Source: Lama glama
Lineage: Eukaryota
Direction: 5' to 3'
Assembly (NCBI GenBank): GCA_028534125.1
Contig: CM052817.1
Span: 91,142,001 to 91,206,000 of the forward strand
Length of the DNA stretch: 64,000 nt
Shown: one piece after another, positions 13,110-24,119 of the stretch
Position numbering within the stretch: position 1 is the first letter of the stretch
How the letters are laid out: the number at the start of each line of letters is the position of its first letter
Notes under the pieces: model-generated
Databases searched by the model: none
The model's input: only the letters and a program-made list of their open reading frames with translations
Told to the model about the DNA's origin: nothing
Translations under genes and position numbers: made by a program

Positions 13110-14084
13110 TGTCCTGTCAGGTCTAGCAAACGTTTTCCTCCCAGAATTTGAGAGGCTCTGGCAGGGAAAGCTCAGCCCCTAAACAGCTTTGGCAGAGGAC
13201 AGAGCTGGCCGACACACACACGAGCACTGTGCTGGGTACACGACATGTCCCTACAGATTCCAGAGAGAGAGCTGCACCCAGATCTCATGGCATTTCGAAA
13301 GGAGCCATTTTCAAACCGATCTGTAGAGTGCTTTGCTGTCTCTGCTTAGTCACCTGCTTGAAGTACCCAATTTGGGACACGCAGTGTGTGTTTGGGAGGG
13401 TGGGGGGTGGGGGGAGCAGCACGTAAATGCTCAGGGCTTGTGCTGAGCTCTGTGGTGCCAACTGGCATCTGGAAGGGACATATGCAAAATCACACTCCAC
13501 ACGGCCTCTAAATTTAGATAAGCTGTCAATATCTTGCACTGGAGGGGCCTTCTTTCTCTACACTCTGGTTTAAAGGCTTAAAAAATGGAAGCCAAGGTTA
13601 GCCCATTGGAAAGCACAGGCGGCTCATGGTGCTGCCCAGGATGGCAAGTAGCCACTTCCAGTACTGACAGAATGCGAGGGAGATCCCACCAGCCTCGCAG
13701 AAGCAGTGAACTCAGGCTCGATCCCCTCCCCCTCCTCAACCCTGCACCTGCCCTGCCTGCAGAGGAGAGGCAAAATGATCAGAGGGTGGGGAGCCCGTCC
13801 TTAGAGCTCCCTTTTCCGTCTACCCTCCTCAACCCTTCAAGAAACTTGAGTAAAGGCAGCACAAGTCAGGCATCGACCAAAACCTAGATTCTACTGCATC
13901 CAGCAAGTCTGTATTCCTGGTGGGGAGAGGGTGACTGGAGATGGAGAAAAGGCATCACCAGTGTCACAGGGCTCAGAGTGGCTGTGACAAAGAGCTGAAG
14001 AGAGCCATCTGTCTTCCAGATGTTCTCAAGAGCTGACCAGTGGCCGAGGATGATCTCAAGATGATATCAAGCCCCTCCACTCAC

Positions 14085-14183
14085 ATCCAACCTGGCAGAC
14101 CACAAATCCAGCCATCATTGCTCTATTTTTTTCCCTGCCCTATTTATCCTTATTGCCCTATTTTTTACATTATTTTTGCCTGT
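14085..14183 (-). pseudogene. Candidate 99-nt phase 0-0 exon C
   Basis: Acceptor cattttacttttacattccctgcag| and donor GAT|GTGAGT. Translates TGKNNVKNRAIRINRAGKKIEQ*WLDLWSARLD. Confidence 0.3.
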
Positions 14184-14279
14184 CTGCAGGGAATGTAAAA
14201 GTAAAATGTGGGTAGGACAGAAATTCACTTTCTGGATTCCCTTGTCTATTTAATCCCTCAGCCTTACCATCAGAAAGAT

Positions 14280-14430
14280 ATCAGCTCCTTCATTAACCCC
14301 CTTCCTGTAAAATAGGGCTATTAATAGTACCTGCCCCATTGGGTGATTGTGAGAATTAAGTGTGTTCATGCGTGTACAATGCTTATAACAGTGTCCATGC
14401 TCTCCATCAACGTCAGCGATAGTTACTACA
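14280..14430 (+). mobile_element. MIR
   Basis: ctgtaaaatagggctattaatagtacctgccccattgggtgattgtgagaattaagtg. Confidence 0.75.
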
Positions 14431-15029
14431 CTCTAGCAAGTCAAATGAGCAGAGCAGGGGAGCTAAAATGGATGATTTGCTCCTCAAAAATTCTTTCTGT
14501 AGGTTGCATGATTATGTTTGTTCTCAGGAAATGTGTGTGTTTTCTTTCCAAGACCTCAAACTCTTTAAGGAAGGGATGGCACTAAGAGATCCTGTGTGGG
14601 CTTCTGCAACCTCCAAATTCCACTCACACCTCAGCAGACAAAGAGACTCTGAATGGGAAGATGTGGCCTCTGTTACTGGAACAGGTACCTGGGGACACCT
14701 CCTTGATGATTACACTAAAAGGCTTCCAGGACCCTTCAGAGAAGAGGGCCCAATATCAGCAGCTGTGATCACCTGTCATAGAATTTCTGAAAACCCTTAG
14801 GAAGCAATCTAGATGTATGCTTCAACTTTCAGGGCAGATTTGGAATTTTAATTCAATGAAAACTATCTGAACCGTCCACTCAGGAGAAAGATTGACATAC
14901 TGCGGGTGGGGGAAAAACGACTTCATTATTCATCCTTACTGGGAAGACAAGTAATTTCAGGCTGACAAGACACAAGTGAGAAGAGGCAGACAGAGCAGGC
15001 AAGTGAGATAAAGAGAAAGAAAGGCAGAG

Positions 15030-15150
15030 GGATGGATGGACGGATGGATACAGACATGCACACATGCATACACACGTGAGATGATGGAGATACATACGTA
15101 CAGATGTACGTACAGACATACATACATACATACGTACATATATACATAAA
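15030..15150. repeat. Compound (GATG)n/(TACA)n microsatellite
   Basis: ggatggatggacggatggata...catacatacatacgtacata. Confidence 0.85.
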
Positions 15151-15228
15151 CCCACAGGCTGCTGAGCAGGGAGGTAAAACAAGAGACACATTAAAACAGC
15201 CTTTTTGTTCCTCATCTGAGAAACATAC

Positions 15229-15639
15229 TGGCATCTCTCGATTCTGGCCTGTACATCATCCCTTAAAAAGCTCATTGAGAAGTTCAGTCATGATCCTGTC
15301 CTCATCCCAGAGCTCTTGGGAAAACCTTGCCATTAACTCTTACGATTGCTGCACCTGCTCATTCACTCCTGGGAAAATGTCAAGATCTTTTTCCTTTTGT
15401 GGAACAGAGGCTACCATGAAGGCACTTTTCTTTCTCTGAGACTTTTTCAGATGGTTTTTTTTTTCTTCTGCTCCGATTCCAAAGATTTTCTTTTAGATCG
15501 CGATGGAGAGCACAAAGAGGCATTCAGCTCAGCCTGCAGATTGCTAGAAAACCCTTCACATCCCTCGGAAATTAGAGAGGCAGCCGCACTCATCAGCAAG
15601 AGTGTATAAATTTGGAAGGAGTGATTTTATAGAATCAGA
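15229..15639 (-). pseudogene. Candidate decayed coding exon B
   Basis: Acceptor tttctcctcattctcaaacag| ending at 15640 and donor CCA|GTATGT. Translation ...MSAAASLISEGCEGFSSNLQAELNASLCSPSRSKRKSLESEQKKKK, 1-nt frameshift in A10 at 15455-15464, then NHLKKSQRKKSAFMVASVPQKEKDLDIFPGVNEQVQQS*ELMARFSQELWDEDRIMTELLNELFKG*CTGQNREMP. Ser-rich plus-strand shadow ORF 15104-15439. Confidence 0.4.
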
Positions 15640-17931
15640 CTGTTTGAGAATGAGGAGAAACAGTGGTCCAGCCTCTTCATCTCAAAGACGAGGAGGTGGA
15701 GGTGCTTAGGATCTAATCTTTGACTACTCACCATCTCGTTTTTCTCATCTGTGCAGCAGAAGAGTGATAGCAAGTGGTTAAATTAACAGCTGCTTGGTAT
15801 GCAGGGCTGCGCTGCTGTTAAAGGGCCAGTGCTGTCTCCTTCGAAGGCCCAAGCCTGGGCTGCCTTCTCCGTGCTGCTGAGCAGAAGCCAATCTAGCCCC
15901 GTGCAGCCCTGGTCCCAGGCCTCCCTCACCCCGGACTCCCAAGAAGTGAATCCAGGTGGAAGTCCGGGCTAGCCCCACACCTTCCGGTGATCACCATTCT
16001 GAGTGTTACTCACTCCAAGGCCACATGAAGCAACACCTGCGGTGTTTGTGAAGCAGCTTTGCCAAAACTGTCAGAAAGTGCATGTGAGGAAATTATTTCC
16101 TGGTCCCTCGGTGGGTATGATGTCTTTTATCGTCTCTGTTTTGTGAAGCATTTTCTGTGTTTAAAGATGTGATTGTAAAAGACAGCTCCGTGGAGGGCAC
16201 GGGGAAGGGAGGAGCAGAGAGAGAAGAAAATGGAGGGGAAAGTAACACAAGAGGGGGGCCCCCACCCACAGTAACCTAAGCTGGGAGGGTATGGGTCCTT
16301 CCACTCTGCTCCTGGGAGCTGGGACCCAGAGGCCCATCTGGAGAGAACAGGAAGGGGGTGGGAGGAGAAGCTCCCAAAGCTGTAAGGAGGGAGCAGATAC
16401 ACAGGATGCAGGTTCCTGTAAAGCAAGGTGGCCTCTGCCAGGGGCCAGGCTATGTCAGAGGGTAGGCCCGTTGGCTTCAAGTGGCAGAAAAAGATACTGA
16501 TGTTCAACCAACGTAGAATCAGCCTTAAGGGCTGGCCGTGAGGAGCAGCTGGCAAACAAAACAGCAGAGAAAGCAGGCCACAAAAGGGAGCAGGCCTTCC
16601 AAGGGCGAGAGTCTTAAGAAATGTCAATCTTATCTGGAGGAGAAAGGAAAGCGAGTTATCTGGGCGAGAGCCTGCAAGATCACCTCGGGAGGGAGGCAGG
16701 GGGTATCCGGAAATCCATACAGAAAGATGCGTTGCAAGGTGCTGCGTGCTCTCCTCCACCTTTTCCTAAGAGGAGTGTCCACATGGATGAATCAAAGTTT
16801 GAAATATTAATGGGGCCTCCGGGGCTACAGCATGGAGCTTTCAGGGGGGCAGTAAATATGGCTAGTTTCTTCATGCATTCACTCACACCTTAGAAGGAAG
16901 ACAGCCTGGGGGTTTTCCCTCGGGGGAGAGCTGCCCCCACCCTAATAATGGTCCAGGAAGGGAAGGGTGGGGTACACAGAAGCAAGGGCAACGGGTCATG
17001 ACAGCCACCTGGCCTCCTTTGGTGTTGCAGGCCGCAGAGGAAGAGTAAGTCGGTATTTTACCCAAGCTTGCCAGGTCTACTTTGGGGCTTGGGGTATAAT
17101 CCAAATAGCAACGGAGACTGGCCTTTACCTGACTCTGCTCTGTGCCTTCACTTTCAGGGAGGTCACGAGGGAGTGGACATCACAAGAGAGGAGCTCATAG
17201 CCTGCACAAAGCAACTGCACAAAGCATTTCCCAAGAGCCGTCCCAGGAACCTGAGGGCCAGCCTCAGTCCCATGCCTGGAAAGATCAGGAAGGAGAGCTA
17301 GAAGGGTCTGCCAGCCCCCCCCAGTCTGAGCAGTTAGGCAGCCTCCAGCCTGATCAGAGCTGGGTAGTCAAGACTGGCCAGATTAAGTAAGAAGGACATC
17401 CAAGAACATCTCAGAGGGACTTCCCACACAATTTAAGATCGAGAACACAGAACTATGGGTTGTGACTCATGGCCAGAAGGATGTTCTAAGATGCCTGAAA
17501 TCTTTGCTACATCTCTGTGGCTATTTCTTTTCCCTCACTCCATTTCCCTGTGGTGAGCAGCCTGGGGGCCCTTGGACCAGATGTTCCACCTGCCCCAGGA
17601 AACAGGAAAACTAGAGATAGAACCTCCTGCTCTACAACCAGGCGCTTAGATTGGGAAGGGGAAAAGCACCCTCAGAAAAAGCAGAAGGTGCCAGCTCAGA
17701 AGAGGAGCATGAGGGTCAGACTGAGCCTCTGCAGCCTTCACAGCTCTGTAGGTGGAAGCCAGTCATGGGGCCTGAGGAGGGACACAAGGAGGGAAGGACC
17801 CCAAGCTGTGAGTGAGGAGCCATGAGTGCTGGTCTTGACTCTGTATCTAAGTTTGTAGGCAAGTCTTCTCACCCCTCTGTGTTTATCATGATCCATAAAG
17901 CAGGAGTTGGCTCCTGTACTAAGAAGCTGAC

Positions 17932-18397
17932 AATACAATGGAATACTACTCAGCCATAAAAAAGAGTAAAATAATGCTATTTGCTGCAACATGGATGGAC
18001 CTGGAGATGTCATTCTAAGTGAAATAAGCCAGAAAAAGAAAAATACCATATGATATCACTTATATGTGGAATCTTTTTTTAAAAAAAGATGTAAATAAAC
18101 TTATTTACAAAATAGAAACAGACTCACAGATATAGAAAACAAACTTACAGTTACCAAGGGAGAAGGGGGTGGGAAGGGATAAATTGGAAGTTTGAGATTT
18201 ACAGATCTTAACTAATACATATAAAATAGATAAACAACAAGTTTACACTGTATAGCATGAGGAACTATATTCAATATCCTATAGTAAACTATAATCAAAA
18301 AGAATATGAAAACGAATAGATGAATGTCTTAACCATTATGATGTACACCAGAAATTGGCACATTAGAAACAGACTACAGTTCAATTTTTTTTTTTTA
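17932..18397 (+). mobile_element. 5'-truncated L1 3' end
   Basis: acaatggaatactactcagccataaaaaagagtaaaataatgctatttgctgcaacatggatggacctggag...tacaccagaaattggcac. Confidence 0.92.
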
Positions 18398-18403
18398 AGT
18401 CTT

Positions 18404-18510
18404 GGGGGAGAGAAATATCTCAGTGGTAGAGCATACACTTAGCATGCATGAGGTCCTGGGTTCAATTCCCAGTACCTCTATTTAAAAAAATAATAATAAT
18501 AATTTTTTTA
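18404..18510 (+). mobile_element. tRNA-Ala-derived SINE (vic-1 type) at the L1 tail
   Basis: A box ctcagtggtagagc, cttagcat anticodon loop, B box ggttcaattcc, A/T-rich tail. Confidence 0.88.
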
Positions 18511-18938
18511 AAGAAACAAGTCTGAGAAATCAGAGTATGTGGTAAGGAAAACCTGAACTGGAAATGCAAGCTGTACTTAATAAAAAGATACTGGATCACA
18601 AAAAAAAAAGAAGAAGAAGAAATTGCCAGAGCAGTGGTGTACCAAGGTAGGGGGTGTGAGAGTGGTTAACCAAAAATAAAACTGACCCATTTTTATTATT
18701 ATCCTCACCCAAAGGCAATTGGAAGCAATGTCTGTGCTAAAATGCTCCTCCTTGCCAGAATATTTTATCACACGATCACACAAACACACACACACTCACA
18801 CGCCTGTATGCTATCAGGTCAGAGAGCCCTTCATTGGCAGGAAGTCCACAGAGAGCTTTCCAATGCCACTCAAAAATTTCAAAAGATCAGTGCTACCCTA
18901 ACACTGAAACACAGAACTGCTGAAAAATTGAAAGGTGG

Positions 18939-19353
18939 TGTGGTAGATTGAAGAATGGCCCCAAAGATGCCAGATCCTAATTCTTGGAACCTGTAAATGT
19001 TACCTTCCTTGGCAAAAACTTTGCAGATGTGATTAAGTTTAGGATCCTGAGATGGGGAGATTACCCTGGATCAGCTCAGTGGACCCCAAATGAGCCAGGC
19101 AAAGAGAGATTTGACAGAGACAGAGGAAGAAGGCGATGTGGCTGCCTGGAGTCCATTAGAAGCCAGAGCAGGCCAGTAACCAGTGCCAGTCAGAGCCTCT
19201 GGAGAGGGCGAAGCCCTGCAGACCCCTTGATCTCAGTCCAGTGAAACTGAGTTCAGACATCTGGCCTCCAGAACAGAGAAAGAATACATTTCTGTTGTTT
19301 TAAGCCACCAGGTTTGTGGTCACTGGTTACAGCAGCAGCAGGAGGCTAACACA
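18939..19353 (+). mobile_element. MLT1C/D-like MaLR solo LTR
   Basis: tgtggtagattgaagaatggccccaaagatg...ttgcagatgtgattaag...ctggcctccagaac...tttaagccaccaggtttgtggt...ctaacaca. Confidence 0.88.
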
Positions 19354-19446
19354 GACAGGAAGGGAAAGGAGACTGCCACGGTAGGGAACATCTTCAAGGG
19401 GAATCACGGTCTCTGTAGAGAGGACTTCCCTGGCTCCACCACTCAC

Positions 19447-19883
19447 TTCCAACTGCATCTTCTCCCTGGAGCCCGACATTCTAGATTGTCAGGGGGTAGC
19501 AGGTTGTACCAGAGAAAAGGAGTTGTGAATGCCAAGTTGGAAAAACATCTTCGACAGCTCCCCTCCCCCCAGTTAACCTCAGGCAAATTCTTCCCCAAGC
19601 AAGGCGGTGCCTCCACCACCAACGCTATTGACTTTGGGAAGTTGTGTGAATTTGCCACCGGACCCGAGTTCTGCAGCTCAGAGATCCGGCCACTCACTGC
19701 AGTGACATCCTGGGCAGTTCCTGGAAAGCTTCCTAGGTCGGCGTGCCGAGCGCTCTCTATCTGGACTGTCTCTTCGGTAAACATCCCTTGTGTGCCGTTC
19801 CTATGGCAGATCGTTTATCCGTCGCATGAAGCACTTCATTAGTGACCTAGTTTCTCACTCACACATCACAGAAACCAAAATCC
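19447..19883 (-). pseudogene. Candidate exon A containing open ORF 19784-19443
   Basis: The 113-codon ORF ends exactly across a TGGAA|GTGAGT donor (phase 2). Acceptor ctctgctctcctttccctgaggcag| ends at 19884. Upstream donor CCG|GTGAGT at 19974 gives a 91-nt intron. CpGs are retained. Confidence 0.33.
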
Positions 19884-21183
19884 CTGCCTCAGGGAAAGGA
19901 GAGCAGAGCCACGAGTCCAAATAAACGGGTTGTGTCTTCAGCCCCAGTGGGCAGAAGTAAAACAACAGACTCACCGGGCTTAACGACCCCCTTAAAAGAA
20001 GGCAACTTAAAAAGCAGTAAAATGCCCTGAGAAGTCAGGATTAATGCCAGTTCATAAACTTAGTGAAGATGTGAGCGGCGCTGTCCCTTAACCCAGTTGT
20101 GCTTGATGTTTTCAGTGGGTGTGCTGCTAGCAAAAGCCCTGTCGGTGATAAATTTCTGTTAGTCAAAACATGCCTTAAGTACAGGGAGGAAGAGTGTCTT
20201 GCTCAAGAAATCTCCCTGCGAATTCTTTCATAATGTGAAGACTCCATTTTTAATTTATTTTTGATGAAAATCTGGATTTTTCCCATCTTATTTGCTTAAA
20301 GAGAGGTGCACATTTACAATTACAAATTCAAGTGAGTTCTGCTCCACTGCCAAGGTTAATTGCCGTCCTTGCTTTGAGGAAAACTAGGATTCTGAGCCTC
20401 GACTTCGCCACGTCGGCAGCATCAGCCCATCTGGCCCCAGAAGAGTCCCCCTAGCAATTTCCACACCTCACTCTCAGGGCCAGGAGCATGCAACACACTG
20501 AGTCAGAACATCACCGACGGTCCCCCATTAGGCTTTGGGCACCTAATTTCAGGAGGAGGGGTGGGTGTTGGAGAGCAAACAACAAAGGGTGATACTGATA
20601 CTATTAAGAGAATGAACTCAAAATACCATAATTCTATTGTATAATTAGTTAAGGAAATAAGAGGGAAAGAAAAGGGCTTGGAGAGAAAACTAGAGGGAGA
20701 AAGGAGAAGAGATGGTCAAAATAAAGGAAATAAAAGAGTTAAAGGAGGAAAACTAAATATTAGAGAAAAAGAAGGAAGGCGATGGGGAGAAAGAGGGACA
20801 AGGGGGGTCCAAAAATTCAGAAAACTCTCCTGTATCACTTTGGCTTGTGAATTAAAAAGTGCCCCCAGGCTACTCACACCTTATATTCGCACAGTTCTAC
20901 AATTTCCGGACCTCCCTCTGATCCTCACAGCACCACGTGGAGCCTGCATTTTAATAGAGGAGTAAACAGAGGCTGCTTGCCTCCTGCCTAGTACTTGTTC
21001 CTCAGCTAGACGTGCAGCGCCTGCCTTTGAAGCCCAAGTCCCTGGTTCCCAGCACAGAGTCCTTCCCATTATCCTCCTGAAACTTGGCTGGGTGTGCAAA
21101 CCATGCCAGAATCCTCACACGCTCCCCTCATTGTGCGTAGACAAATAAATACCTCATAATCAACTTATTTGTACTAAATTATG

Positions 21184-21558
21184 CGTATTATCTCTCTCAT
21201 ACTGAGTGGCTTAAATAACAGACATTTATTCTCCCACTTCTGGAGGCTGGGAAGTCCCAGGTCAAGGTGCCAGCAGATTCAGTGTCAGGTGAGAGCCGGC
21301 TTCCAGGCTTGTTGATGTCACCTTCTCTACGTGCTCAGGACCCCTTTCCTCGGTGCAGACTTGTGGAGAGAGGCTCCTGTCTCTTCCCCTGTTTTAAGGA
21401 TTCTAATAACCATCATGGGGCTCCACCCTCATGCCCTCATTTAAACCTATTTATCTCCCAAAGGCCCCACCTCCCAACACCAAGACACTGGGCTTGAGGG
21501 CTTCAATATGTGAATGGGGGTTGGGGGGGGGGAGGATGTACTCATTCAGCCCAGAACT
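21184..21558 (-). mobile_element. MLT1A/B-like MaLR LTR
   Basis: gtggcttaaataacagacatttatt...tggaggctgggaagtcccaggtcaaggtgccagcagattcagtgtcaggtgagagc. Confidence 0.85.
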
Positions 21559-21844
21559 AACCCGAGCCACAGCATCCAGTGTGGGTCAGAAGCTTCCCTA
21601 CTCGTGAAGCTACATATCCACAAAGATCCCAGGCTGAAGCTGACGTGGGGAGGGGAGGAGAGTTTGCGGGGGGCAGGCCTCCTACCTCCGCCTGCCCCAG
21701 ACAGAACAGCAAAGTGCAGGGGGCTCATCCGGATCCCCTCTTCTCTCTCTGGGAAGTCGTCTGTCCCTGGATCACACTCCCTCTCCTTCCAGGGAGCCTA
21801 GGGTCCCCTGTAGCCGACCCCAGCCTGCCTGCCCCCTGATGGGT

Positions 21845-22247
21845 ATTTTCTCCTGAATGTTTGTGTCCTCCTCAAATTTATACGTTGACTGAATGTTTGT
21901 GTCCTTCTCAAATTTATACGTTGAAACCCTAATCCCCAGTGTGATGGTATGGGAGATGGGGCCTTTGGGAGGAAATTAGGTCATCAAAGTGGCACCCTGG
22001 CGATGGAATCAATGCCATTATAAGAAGAGACACTAGAGGGCCCTCTGTCTCTCTCTCTCTCTCTCCCTCTCTCTCATCCTCTCCCCTGCCATGTGAGGAT
22101 ACCATGAGGACAGTCCTTGCCAGAACCCCCACCACGCTGGCACCGTGATCTTGGACTTCCCAGAACTTCTCCAGAACTATGAGAAATCAGTTTGTTGTTT
22201 AAGCTGCTCAGTCTATGGTATTCTTGTCACAGCAGCAGGAGCTAACA
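21845..22247 (+). mobile_element. MLT1A-like MaLR LTR with an internal 36-bp tandem duplication
   Basis: ctgaatgtttgtgtcctcctcaaatttatacgttga x2, then ccctaatccccagtgtgatggtat...tttaagctgctcagtctatggtatt. Confidence 0.88.
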
Positions 22248-22346
22248 CTCCCCAACTTCAAAACAATCATTTTGCTTACCCAGTGCACAAGTCCTGATGC
22301 CACCACCCCCGACTCCCTCCCTCTCTCTCTCTCTCACATTCACACA

Positions 22347-22770
22347 CATGTTGTGCTGGTAAATGGTCATCAACTCATTCTCTAAAAGAGAAAGAACCCT
22401 GATTTGTAGGATTGGCCATTTCTGTGGGGTAGATACTGCCACCAGGGCTCATTTCCAGTGACCAACATGACATCACTGAGTGGGGAGCTGGAAGAGGAGG
22501 ACCCCAGCACATCGTTACATGGCATCTCCGCCCCAAAGATACAGCAGATGCAAATAGCCTCAAGACACAGATCATCATTAAATGTAGTAAAATATCAGGA
22601 AGTGATGAGTATTGATTACCTTTGTTTCTGAGAGTAATGTATTAAATTATAAGTTTATATAATTTAATTCTTAATAATGACATCTGTGTTTAATAGGCAG
22701 CTCACAGATTTCTTGAAAATTGAAGAGGCGGCCCTCTCTGGCTGCAGGGGCTGGCTGCAGCAAACAACTG
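22347..22770 (-). mobile_element. MER63B-like hAT-Blackjack element
   Basis: tgtgctggtaaatg...ccctgatttgtag...aatgtagtaaaatatcaggaagtgatgagt...aagtttatataatttaatt...cagcaaacaactg. Confidence 0.75.
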
Positions 22771-24119
22771 TCCTCCCTTCCCCCAACACCCCCGGCCTTC
22801 TTTCTGCTTTGCTAAGGTGATTGCTAGTCGGTGGCATTTATTATGTGACCCAAAAGAGTAGCTACAAACATCAAATTTCAGGTAACTTGGCAGGTCTGTG
22901 AACTAGATATTTCTTGGTTGCCTCTCACATTCTAAGTGTTTTCTCGTAGAGACTCTCCCATCAGATAGACAACGGCCTTGTGCCTGTGGCTCTTGGTGGT
23001 TCTGCCCCTGCCCTCGTCAGCTGGAACACAGACCCACCAGTGGAGCCTGGCCCCGCTACATCGGGGTAGAGAGTGAAAAATCCAGTCAGCCGCTTGTTTG
23101 GGCTGCACCATGCCAGAAACCTGGTAGAGCTAAAATGTTTTTCTCCCCGAATTGACTGGGGATTCTGAGGTTGTCCTGACAAGGCCATATTCCTCAGGAC
23201 AGCCACGCACACAGCACCTATCAAGTTCTTTCTGAGACATGCTCCCACAGCCTTGAAATGCTGGGGCTGGAGAGGAACAGGCAGCCGGCTCTGCTCCAAT
23301 GCCCTTGACTGGAGGTTTCACTTCCTCGCTCTTCTTTCCAAGCACACAATATTTGAGGGGAAAAAAGGACAGCAGAGCCTGCAAATCCTCTCATCAAAGA
23401 GGCATTGACTTTTAATTCTACAAATGTGGCTGTTTTCCACAAGGAACAGAGAGAATTCATTAGTAATCTCACTCTGGAGACGTCTTCCACCCTCAGCTTT
23501 CTCCTGGCGATCGTATAATTACACCCCAGATTTCTGATTACAGAAACTTTTCCCTTTAACCTCTATATAGTTTCAGAACCTCTCATTTTCCAGTTTCTCC
23601 TTTTCCTGTCTGCCTCAAAAAAAAAAAAAAAAGAGAGAGGAGAGGAAATTGGCAAAGATACGGATGTGAGTTGGGACCCTCACTGGTAAGGTGGTGCTTC
23701 GGCTGTAGAGGAAAGCCAGGGGTGGGAACACTGTGGGAACCAATGAGCCCATCACTCCATCACTATCCTGAGAAAACAATTCGGACGTGGGTCCTTCTGC
23801 CAGGGGGCAGAAGCAATCAACACTGCCCTCACAGACACATGAACAAAAGAGGCATTGGAAAGAAGCTCATTTAAAACAGGTGACATGACACAGACCTGTC
23901 CGTGGCCACCTATACCAGCTGTGCAGAGAACTTCACCTGTCACAGCCGGTCCACCGGGTTGTTTTACCATCTGCTGAAATACACAAAGAAAATGAGGTCA
24001 ATCAGCAGACTTTACTGCTCACCTCACCTAAATCCTTCCTCTGCTCTCATCAGCGAGACCATTTCCAAAGCCACTCTCTGGGAGAATCTGCCCCCAGTGT
24101 GTGCACCCCAGTAGGCAGC

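Noticed and set aside
16127..16759. 210-aa minus-strand ORF as a stand-alone gene
   Set aside because: No ATG start (GTG), L/P/F/S-rich composition typical of the antisense of purine-rich DNA, and no recognisable domain.
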